A stretch of DNA of 64,000 nt from the human T2T-CHM13v2.0 reference genome, Homo sapiens. The translations under genes and the position numbers were made by a program. Positions within the stretch are counted from its first letter, which is position 1. The number at the start of each line of letters is the position of its first letter. The stretch lies in the NCBI RefSeq assembly GCF_009914755.1, contig NC_060928.1, one strand, 5' to 3'. Shown here in pieces: positions 1-64,000 of the stretch. The notes under the pieces were generated by a model that worked only from the letters and a program-made list of their open reading frames with translations, was not told where the DNA came from and ran no database searches.

Positions 1-1771
1 CCATAAACAAGGGCAGAATGCTCCCTGCGTCCAGCACTGAGACCGAGACCCAAGATGCACCAAGAGATTGAGAAACTGAGATCCACAGATGCACAAAGAC
101 CCACAGACGCACAAAGACCCTCAGACACACAAAGCAAAACGCGTTCTGATGCCCCGTGTCAGACGCGTCCTGAAGGATGAGCGATGGTTTCTGCCCGCTG
201 AGAAGTATCCATCTGGAGCTGAGATTTAAGCCCCTCCACTCAACGGCAGCAGGAGTCTCTCCCCACGCTGGTGTGACCCACATGCAGGGCACCCACACAT
301 GTGAGGGGCGCCCGCTGCGAGGAGGTGGTGCCTGCGCCCCCTCCAAGCTGCACCTCAACCTGTCCCACCCTAAAGTGAGACGGACTGGATCCCCCACCGG
401 CCAGGGCTGCTTCGCATCACACCGGTTCCCCCTGCTCTCTGTGCCATCGTCCCCTCCATGTGGCTTCCCAAACCACGGACACCTGGCATCTCCATCAGCC
501 TTGGCCCTGGGCACAGTGAGTGTTTTCCATGCATTTGTGGGATTTTTAAAATAAACTTCTGTTGCCCTCGTTAGATTATAGGCCTTGTGAGAACAGGGAC
601 CAAGTCTTTTATGGATGAGGGGCGGGTGTCCGGAGTTTCAACATGGCACTTCCAGGGCTACAAGGAGGTGAATGGATGAAGAGCTCCTGTTGAGTGGAGA
701 CAGAGGAGCCCTGAGGCCTCTTTATGAAAAAGCAAAAATAAGCACCATGGAGCAGGTGGTGGTCGTGCCACTGGTGGGAGTGGGATCATCCTGCTAGGCA
801 CCAACCATCCCCAACCAACAGAGGAACACAGGCTCTGCCTCCTGCTCCGCATCTCCTCATTACACACAGAAACGTCCTCGGCTCGAGGACAAAAGCCCAT
901 CTGTATTCTGATCTGAGCAGGACTGGGTGCCGCCCTCACATCTGGAGGGAGCCTGAGACTACCCGACAGGAGCCACAGGTACCACACGGTGAGGACCCCC
1001 TTCCAGACACCCCCCTGCCCAGCTCCTGTGGACCCTCCCCCAACCTTTGCCAGGGGGGACCGTGGTCCTCTGTGGCGTGTCGTCTGCACCCGTCTTCATC
1101 GGGGGCACTAGCACCTGCCACACACTCAACAGCATCACTTCCCACTGGAAAAACAATGCCACAAGATTCTTCTTGGCGAGAACAAACCAGAAAATGGGAC
1201 CTGAAGAAGCCGAGAGCCTCGCCTGTGGTCAGACAGCAGCTGAGCATGGGCAGAGGACAGAGCCCAGGCCGAGGGCCGCGGCCGCCCCCACCCACAAAGA
1301 CCCCTGTCCTGTCCTGGGTGGAATTCCCACACCAGCTCAGGAGGAGCCCCACCTCCTCACCCTTCCTTGTCCTCATTCCAGGGAAATGGTCTGGAAGAGC
1401 ACCAGCTCCCCACGGAGCTGACTGTTTCTCTGCTTGCAAATTTCATGAGATTTCTGATTCTGAGCTCGAATCTTCTCTCCACTTTCACCTCTTGCCATTC
1501 CTCATGACCGGTCCATTTCAACATCAGGGCCAATTGTTCCTTGTACAATTGCATCTTTTCCACAGTTTAGTACAAGAAACTAGGATTCTCTTCATGTAAA
1601 AGCTATTTGATGACAAACACCTTGTTCTAAGTGACTGCCAGGAAGTGCTTGCTAATTTTAAATTCTACATTATGATGAGGCAAAGTTAGTAGGAGCCAAG
1701 GGACAGAGCACTCCCATATCTCCTCAGACACTCGCCAGGTGCATCTGTGGAGAAGCCGCCCAGTGAGTCCT

Positions 1772-2386
1772 TGCATCTCACAGGTGCTTCTCACAGGTGC
1801 GTCTCACAGGTGCACCTCACAGGTGCATCTCACATGTGCATCTCACAGGTGCATCTCACAGGTGCGTCTCACAGCTATGTCTCACAGGTGTGCCTCATAG
1901 GTGCGTCTCACGTGTGTCTCACGTGTGTCTCACAGGTGCGTCTCAGGTGCGTCTCACGTGTGTCTCACAGGTGCATCTCACAGGTGCATGTCACAGGTGT
2001 GTCTCACAGGTGCATGTCACAGGTGCGTCTCACATGTGTGTCTCACAGGTGCATCTCACGTGTTTCTCACAGGTGCGTCTCAGGTGCATGTCACAGGTGT
2101 GTCTCACAGGTGCATGTCACAGGTGCGTCTCACATGTGTGTCTCACAGGTGCGTCTCACGTGTGTCTCACAGGTGCGTCTCACAGGTGTGTCTCAGGTGC
2201 ATGTCACAGGTGAGCCTCACAGGTGCGTCTCACAGGTGCGTCTCACAGGTGTGTCTCACAGGTGTGTCTCACAGGTGCATCTCACAGGTGCATGTCACAG
2301 GTGCATCTCACAGGTAAGCCTTACAGGTGCGTCTCACAGCTGTGTCTCACAGGTGTGTCTCACAGGTGTGCCTCACAGGTGTGTCT
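1772..2386. repeat. Minisatellite, ~13-bp unit (CAGGTGYRTCTCA)
   Basis: Directly visible tandem repeat upstream of PDE6B. Confidence 0.95.
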
Positions 2387-4594
2387 TTTTGACTGTGTCA
2401 AGTCCAACCCAATCAGGGTCCCCCAGCATCATCAGTAGGTATGTAGGGAAGTGAGATGGGGAAAAGATAGAACCAATAGTGTGCCATGGAGCAGTTACCT
2501 CTGGGCCCCTGCAGGTAAGGGAGCTGCGGTGTTCACACACAACTCCCATGGTCATGGCTCAGGGTTCCCCAGAGGCTGTGGACTCCTTGCCGCCCTGAAC
2601 CTACTCACCTACAATCACGACGGGCTCCTGGGGCAGGACAAAGCCACAGGTGAGGAACGCGGTGCTGCGGGTGGAAGCTGCTGTCACAGTCGTGTTAGGG
2701 TGAGTGGACTATGGCCGCAGACTGTGGGCTCCTCCCAGCCAACCCTCACTCCCGCTAGCGCCCCAAATCTTCAGTCCAGCACCCCTTCCCCGTCCCACCC
2801 ACTCTCCACACTGAGCCCTCCCAGCCAACCCTCACTCCCGCTAGCACCACAAATCCTCAGCCCAGCACCCCTTCCCTGTCCCACCTGCTCTCCACACTGA
2901 GCCCAGCCACTCCACGCTCCCTTGGGCAGGTGGCAAGGCAGAGCCTGAGGTCAGCTGCCACCCCCAGCCCCACCCCAGGGCCCTCATGCCCCCAGCAAGG
3001 CCTCTCCAGCTCTGCGGTCCCACTCAAGATGCGCTTAGCTCATTTCACACGCAGGTGAGTGTCTCAGTTCTGCGGGCACGGAGGCCCCTGTGGGAGGGAG
3101 GTTGGCAGGCCCCTCGCTGACGGAGGGGAGCAAGGGGCAAAGTGGGGGTGTCCAGAAGGGGGTTGTGAGGAACTGGGGGACGGGAAAGAGCCCGGAGAGG
3201 AAAAAGGAGGTGGGGAGGGGCTGCGTGTGCATAGACCTCAGGGTGGGGCAACCGAGGACCTGAAGGCTGGTTTCCGGCCGCCATCCTCACATCCAGGCGC
3301 AATGTGAGCTCATCCCTGGGAGTTGGGAAATGCAACCGGCAGGCTCTGGAGGCTGTTCTGGGACTGAATGCAAAGCAGGCGACCCTCCCCCCGGCCCCAA
3401 ACCCAAGCACTGCAGCGGCCCCACAACCCCTCCCCCCACCCACATCCCCACTCCCCCGTCCCCAGTGAGAATTCACTATTTTTAGGAAAAAGGGGAAGCC
3501 TCTCAGCAGATCCTTGAAAGGAAGTGACTTTGTGACTAAGTGGAGGCAGGAACATCATGGCACAAGGGCACACGTCGCACACCCAGCTGGGCCCACTGTG
3601 GACGGCGCAGATGCTGCCTCAGAGCAGCCTCCGAGACAGGCAGCTGCAGCGGTGCAGCCCAGGGCCCTCGCAGAAGCTTCCCCGGGGCCTGGCTTCGTGC
3701 TGAGAGAACTCTGCGCTCCTGAGGGCACCTGGCTGTCATGCACACGTGCTCACACGAACACACACACCTACACGTGCGCACACTCACACTCCGTGCACAC
3801 ACGTATGTGCACACTCATGCACGCGTGCACACACGTCTACCAGCTGAGTGCAGTAAAAGAACCACATGAAAACCTTGCATCCTGGTTAAAAGTATGGTGA
3901 CAACATGGACAGATAAACTGGAAAAGATGGGAAGAAACCTTAAGCCCAGGATCTGGCAGCACAAAGGTGCCTGGAAAGCGACAATCAGCGTTTTTATATT
4001 CAGGGAAATCAGGAACACTGCCACCCGCCCGCCAGGCCGGCGCCCATGCCAGACCCAGCCAAGGTGCTTCTGGCCACATCACCCCTGCTGGCCTGCAGGG
4101 AGCTGGCCCAGGAGCCGAGAGGCCTATGGGAGCAGGCAAGGCTTGCTGAGGTGACAGCGGAGAGGAGAGGTCGGGCTTTGTTGCCAGGCAGCCCCCCAAC
4201 ATTCAGGTCCTTTTTCCACCGAAAGCCATGTGGCCTCAGAGCGGCGTCACCCCGAAGCTTGTCCCAGCCGGGGCCTGACAGCAGGTAAAGGCTGACTAGC
4301 AACTCTGCATCCCTCAGAGTGTGGGGGAAGGTGGATGTGGTCCCACCTCCACATCCAGGGTCCCCTTGCTGGCCTCTGGGCATTTGGGTCCTGGTGTGAT
4401 TACCCAGCCCCCTCTCCCTGCACAGGGGTGAACTGCATCTCCTGGAGGCAGGGCCAGTGCCCCACCACCTCCCCAGCACACCCGAGCCCAGGTCTGGGCT
4501 CCCAGGAGGGCCTGGGGCCACCTGTGGGACCAACCCAAACCCTCAGGCAGCTCCACCAGCAGAAAGCGTCATGCTGTGTGTGGGATAACCTCCT

Positions 4595-49781
<45,187 letters not shown>

Positions 49782-49830
49782 GCACTGGTCCCGTGGGGAC
49801 CCTATGGCTCCCTCAATCTTCACCCACTAG

Positions 49831-50216
<386 letters not shown>

Positions 50217-50435
50217 GTTTTTATAAACTGAAGCCAACTGTGAATAAACTGTAGCCTACATTACTCATCCATTTTTGGATAGTTACCACTGGGAGACCTT
50301 TGAAAAGGGTCCATGAACTCTGAAATCACTGAGAACATTTGCAGCCACACATGTACATATGTGTACACAGGTAGACAGATGGACACAGGCCGTTTCTCAT
50401 CCAGTTTAGGAAAACACACATGCTCAGGAATTCAG

Positions 50436-50446
50436 AATAAAATAAA
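50436..50446 (+). terminator. PDE6B polyadenylation signals (tandem AATAAA)
   Basis: AATAAAATAAA about 650 nt past the stop codon; further AATAAA at 50243 and 50591. Confidence 0.7.
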
Positions 50447-50827
50447 CAGAAAACTACTTGCCCATTATCTGTGGTAAAATGATAGCGGAAGCCACACTAC
50501 ATTTGACCCATCAGAAAATTCTGCCAGAGAGGTCAAGGCCATGAGTAAAGCGGCCATCCAACTTCAGTGGTCTGAGCGGAAATGATCTGTAATAAACACC
50601 ATGTAGAGTGGCTCTGATGGCCCCAGACGGCACCAGGAGGGCAGTGCAGGGCTGGATGCCGAAGCCCGTGCACCCCCATGATTAAATATTGGTGAGCCTG
50701 GAGTGAAGGACAGAGGCAAAGAAACGGACTTCCCAGTTGAAATCGGTATTATGTTAAATTCAGGATGTTCAACTCATGATGTGAGCTCCAAGGCATTTGC
50801 TCCCAACACTAGATGACGCTTAACTAG

Positions 50828-51196
<369 letters not shown>

Positions 51197-52129
51197 TTTT
51201 CATCTCACTGGTCAGAGACCCCTGGTATCCAGAGCCTGGGTCTGGGATGAGGGGCTCTTAAGAGGTTCTGAGGGATCCTGCAAACAGCCCCTCTGGACGC
51301 CAGGACAGGATGTGAAAGTATCTTGCTCACTCAAAGCTCACCTTAACCAAATGTCCTGAAAAGCTTATAGGCTGCTTCTCCCTTTGGCCTTATATTTGCA
51401 AACGAACTCATTTTACAAACTGGGGCTCCAAGCCTAGATTTGCTCAAGGCACATAACTGGGAAGTAGCAAATTCAATCTGTCCATTGCAAACCACCAGGC
51501 CAAGGGTTTGGGTTGTTGGCAAGCTCACAGCCAGGAGGGGCGAGAAGCCCAGGAAGCCTGCTGGGGAGGGAAGTGGCTCAGGCACCACAAGACCACCTCC
51601 CTGCACAACTCAAACAGCACTCAGGCCCTGTGCTCAGGAGGTCACATCACCAGACTTTTAGTCCCAAGTCTGACCTGGCCACTTCCTGGGATCAAAGGGA
51701 GGATTTGTGAAATGGCAGGTTGGGGCGAGGGGTTATTGTGGAGGAGGACCCAGCTTCCCAACTGTAAGGGCGTCAGTCAGTGCCTACCCCTCCCCATCCA
51801 GGGGTCTGGGCTGCTGAGAGCAGCAGCCTAGAACTCAGAATCAAGACAACCCCAGTACTCATGAGGCCCCCAGCTGACTGACTCCATTACAGACGGCCTT
51901 TGGGGCTCCCCACCTGGATGCCCCAGACAGAACAGGCAGCGCGCATCTGTCCTTCCCACTGTGTTTACATGATGCATTCTGGGTCTGTGAATGGTAATGT
52001 GGATTCTTTTGAAACCCCCTCCCTGTCTTCCACCTCACGTGAACTGGGAGGTGGACAGAACTTCAACCTAGGAATTCCACAACCAGCGACAGCAAATGAG
52101 GAGCCGGAGTATCACACAACACAGGAAGC

Positions 52130-52135
52130 TTTATT
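52130..52135 (-). terminator. ATP5ME polyadenylation signal
   Basis: tttatt on + (AATAAA on -), about 40 nt after the stop, followed by GT-rich sequence on -. Confidence 0.85.
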
Positions 52136-52173
52136 CATCCGCTGCTGGTCCAAAGAGTGGGTCGCAGGGTCAC

Positions 52174-53921
<1,748 letters not shown>

Positions 53922-55338
53922 CTTGTCCCTGACCTCCGCACCGGAAGCACAACCTGCAGACGGAGCAGGATGCCGCACAAGCCAGCAAAGCCTTGGAGGC
54001 AAAGGCGGAGCTGGGCGCACGCATGCGCCGTCAGCGGCGAGAGAGCGGGGGGCCGCGCCCCCTGGCGACCGAAGGGTGACTGCGCGCCCCCGCGCGGCGG
54101 TGACGTCACGTGAGGCGCACGCGCACAAAGGCTGGGGAGTGCGCGGAGGATCATCGGCTGCGCCTGCGCAGTTGCTGCGTGAGGCGGGATCTGCGCCGAG
54201 TGGGCGGGGGGTTTCCTTTCCCCGCAGGGCTGGGGGTCCGCTGTTTCCCCGCGCTGCTGCCGAGGCCCCGCCGTCCGCGTCCTGGCCGTGTGTCCACACC
54301 CCAGACTGCGGGCCGGGGCGCACTCTGTCTTCTTGCGCGGAGCGTCGGAGGCCTGAGGTCAGGGCGGCTCGGGCGGGTCCAGCCCCGCGGACCGCGCCCA
54401 CCCGAGGGTGGCCTGGGCAGGGACCTGGGGGTCCTGGGAGCGGAGTGTGAGCCGAGTGCAGGTGGCTCCCCGGGCAGGTCCTTCTCCTACAAGGCAGTAG
54501 TGTCTGTCGCCGGCCGGGCCGCGTTGGATTCCGCGGCCCGCGGGAGCATGGCCTCCAGGCCCCTCTTCCTGCGGCTGCTCTGCCCGGGAGCACGGGGCGC
54601 CCTTCATCCCGGAGCTGGAGCTTCCTCACCCCAGGATGCCCCATCACTTCTGTCCCGAAGAGGGGCTGGGATCTTCTTGGGAAGACCAGCCCCCAACAGA
54701 GGCTGCTCCCTGGGTCCCCCGACTCCAGGCCTCAGGACTCCACGGCTCCAAGGGCCTGCCCCGGCCCAGGCCTGGGGACCACTGAGCCCCACACTGGTCT
54801 TTGCTGGCCTCTGTCCACCTCCCGGTAGCTGTGTGTCTCCCACAGCTGCCCAGAGATGGGGCCTGCGGTGCCTATGCAGCCTCCCCGCTGTGCCCGAAGT
54901 GCTGACCCGCCAGCCCCATGGACACCAGGCTTGGAGTCTAGGCAGGAGCCTGGCACCCCCTCCACGTTCTGGGTCTTCCTGGCGGCAGCCATGCTGCCCG
55001 TGCTGGGCCACCCTCGGGCCCCCTTTGGCCCCATGCAGTAGTGACGCAAGGCCTCCTGTGTCCCCTCCTGGCCCTGCACTGCTACAGGCAGAAGCAACTG
55101 GAGAACTATGGCTCGGGTCTCGCTAAGGTGCAGCATCACAAACTCCAGGACTCTTGAAGCAAGCATGGGGAGGACCCGTGATCCTGGCGGCCTGGGCTAC
55201 CTGTCCGGGCCTAAGTCGCCTCTGCCCCCTCTCCTGGCTTGCTCTGGGGTCCAGGGCCTGGGCCTCTCTGGCTGAGAAACTAGGAAGTCACTGGGCTCTG
55301 TTTCCTGAGCTGGGTATACCAAGGCCAGTCCTATAGGG

Positions 55339-55652
55339 CAGGGGTCCCCAACCCCCAGGTGCAGACCAGTACCAGCTTGTGGCCCGTTAGGAACCGGGCA
55401 GCACAGGACGAGGTGAGGGAGCATGATTGCCCGAGCTCCACCCACTTTCAGATCAGCCTGGGCATCAGATTCCCATAGGAGCGTGAACCCTACTGTGAGC
55501 TGCGCACTTGGATCTGGATTGCGCTCTGGTGAGAATCTAATGCCTGATGAACTGAGGTGGAATAGTTTCATCCCGAAACCTTCCTCCCCAACACGGAAAA
55601 ACTGTCCTCCGTGAAACCTGTCCCAGGCGCCAAAAAGGTTAGGTACTTGCTG
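55339..55652 (+). mobile_element. MER1B-like hAT-Charlie DNA transposon
   Basis: caggggtccccaacccc...gttaggaaccgggc...gagaatctaatgcctgatg...ccaaaaaggtt. Confidence 0.85.
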
Positions 55653-57700
55653 TAGGGCCACCTGATCTTTTCTCCAGCTTCTGTGAGGTTGGCTGGCAGT
55701 CCCTGAAGACTCCTGCCTGAGGCCTCTGCCTGAACCCTGTCCTCAGGGGGCCAGAAGCAAACTCCAGCCCTCCCCGTGTCTACTGCTCGCTGAGGAAGCC
55801 GCAGGTGCACACTGGATCCACAAGGCACAGAACCATCTTGGCCCTCGGCAAGCCCCCGCTTCCGCCAGGGCAGACGGCCTCAGGTGACAATGGGTTTTCC
55901 CTTCACTGGAGTTTAAAATAATCCAGACTCCTCAGCAACTCCTGCTTCCAGAATCAAAAATAAGTGTCTCTGGGGCCCAAGGTAGGGGGTGAGGGGGACA
56001 TACCAGCAGCTTCCACCAGAGGTGGGGCGGGGCAGGGCACCAGCAGAGAAAACATGCGGGCAAACACACACGGCCTGGGGAAAACCCCCTGAAGCCAATG
56101 GAGACTTGCCTTTGCTCAAGGCCTTTCCTGAGAGCTTAGTGGTGGGACGGGTCCCACCTGGCTCAGCACACCGCCCGCAGGGGCCTCTGCAGCTGTCAGG
56201 TCAGCTGTGGGTGCAGAAGCCGATACTCCCCCGGCTCAGGCTTGCTGCTATCTTTAGCACTGTGCTCAGACTCCAGTGGCCTGGGAACCCTCTGCAGGGG
56301 GCTCTGCAGCCCTTCTCACATTCCCGGTGGCCTCGGGGGGCCTCCCAACCATGCTTCCCCCCTCGGTGTGGTTCTCCCCACTCCTGCAGCCCAGCAGTGC
56401 CCCTTCAGGATCACACCCAGACCCCACTGGACTGGCAGCAGGGGATGCCCTGGCCCTTGCTCCCAGCCCCAGGGTTCCACATCTGGTCACCTGACACCTT
56501 GCAGTCGGCCCCAGGTCCCTCCTGGGCAGGTCATGCCTCCAGGGTCCTCAACCTCAGGAGTCAGTGCTTCATAGAGGCCGCTGGACCTGGGGATGGCACC
56601 AGGCAGCATCTCAGGGGACGCCAACTGTGACCATGTGTCCCTCAGGGGGTAGGACCTCTGCTCAAGAGACATGCAAGTGGCACCTGTCTTTTTAGCCTTG
56701 CAGACACGGTGGCGCCCCCAGGGATCCCACCTGCTGTTGTGGCTGCATATAGTCACTCCCACCACTGCCCCTGCAGCACCGAGGGGCAGGTGCCCTGGGT
56801 CCTGTTACCTACTGCGTCCCACGCAGACGCAGGCCTGGGGGGCTCCAAAAGCTTGTTCTCCACTCAGCCTGTAGGCCTCCTCCTTGATCCTGCTTGGCCT
56901 GCAGACCCTCCTCCCACCCCTTGAACCAGGGCATCTGGATGCTGACTCTGTGGTGGCCTCTGATGTCTGACACCACCAACAGACCCTGGGCCAGGTCCCT
57001 ACCCCAGACTCTGTGCCTGAGGCCATGGTATAGTGGGGAAGACCAGGCTCAGGGCCCTAGAGTCCCCCTCCCAGCCCATCTGAGCAACGTGGCCATCTCC
57101 ATGGCTCCTCCAACCCAGAAATGTCATCACCCATGGGCCAGGCAAGGAGCTCCCAGCCATGAGGTCAGACGGGGTGGTCCCAGGGCCAAGGCTATGGACT
57201 GACTTCTGTCACCAAGGCAGGGAGGGGCGTGGACACCCCTGACAGACAGAGTGTGCTTGGCAGAAGCCCGGTGACCAGCTGCAGTCACCCACAGCAGCGT
57301 TGTGCAAATCTAGAAAAAGTGCCCCTTCCTCTGGCTCCTGCAGTTCCAGGGTGCCCAGGCCCCCAGCCAAGAGCGTGTACAGGTGGCCCTGCTGACACAC
57401 AGAATCCTTGGGAGAACAAAGCCTCCCCGGGGTTCGGGGACAGGTGGATGGGAGGTAGTCCTGGCCAGAGGTATCTGGGGAGGCTGGGGGCCTTGCGGGG
57501 TGAGGCAGGGCAAGGGTGTGAGTCACTGCCAGGCTGCCAAAGCTCACTCTGCAGCTGTCCAGTCCCCTGGGGTAGCCCCAAGCCTGTCCTTGTAGGGAGT
57601 GGCAGCCGGAGTCTGAACTGTCCTGGGGGACCAAGCAGGAGCTTAAGATGGGCAAGACCTGGGGCCCTGGGCAGACGCATCAAAGCAGGCAGAAGCAGGC

Positions 57701-63437
<5,737 letters not shown>

Positions 63438-64000
63438 TTATCCTAGGTGCATGCCGTCAGGGCAGGGGGCTCAGTGTAGGGCCGTGTGCTGTGCCCAAGG
63501 CCCAGGCATAGCAACACAGCTTCCAGACGCACCGCTGGCTGCCTGCGGGGTAGGGTTTCCTGCCTTGTGTTTCCCACCCCACCCCAGAGCAAAGCAATCG
63601 CTAAAGGGAAGAGCCTGTCTCCACAGAGGCCCCACAGGGCCGTGGTGCCTGTGGCCCTGGCAAAGGTGGAAACATGCCCCCAATCCTACACTGAGCACTG
63701 ATCCCAGAAGGCAGAGGGCAGAGGGCCAGCTCGGAGATATGCGAGCAGAGCAAGGCCCTCCCCGCTGCACGTCTGGATACCAGAAGGTGGCGCTGTCCTG
63801 CAGACCCACAGGGGCGGGGCCTTGCTGGGAAGGGGCACTGGGAGCCCTGGGGGCCCCACCTTCCCATCCACAGGGCACCGTCAGTCCCTCCGCTCCGTCC
63901 CACAGCTGCCCCACCCCACTGCAGCTGTGCCCACCACCTCCACTGCCTGTGGACATAATGTCACACAGGGCATCTCGGGAGGGCCCACAGCACAGAAGGG

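Noticed and set aside
600-1740. Possible decayed pseudogene upstream of PDE6B
   Set aside because: I recognise no protein family in any frame; TBLASTX would be needed to say more.
1747-2454. Repetitive Cys/His ORFs resembling zinc-finger or metallothionein proteins
   Set aside because: They derive from the 13-bp DNA periodicity and lack true C2H2 spacing or linkers.

Overview
Human (primate) subtelomeric, GC-rich, VNTR-dense DNA that I recognise as the chr4p16.3 PDE6B-ATP5ME-MYL5-SLC49A3 cluster. It contains four genes. (1) The complete 22-exon rod cGMP phosphodiesterase beta gene PDE6B (+, CDS 4908-49781, 2565 nt = 854 aa) with its rod promoter. (2) The complete ATP5ME/ATP5I gene (-, 69 aa). 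(3) The complete MYL5 gene (+, 173 aa). (4) The last four coding exons of SLC49A3/MFSD7 (-), whose CDS end overlaps the MYL5 CDS end on the opposite strand. The rest is Alu, L1, MER and MaLR remnants plus many minisatellites; nearly all long ORFs in the supplied track are repeat artefacts. I see no new gene system. The most unusual signals are an inverted ~84%-identical copy of PDE6B exon 4/intron 4 inserted in an L1 in intron 3, a minisatellite in intron 10 carrying ~15 consensus DR5 nuclear-receptor elements, and a tandem array of duplicated 5' splice sites in SLC49A3. All counts and alignments were made by eye.
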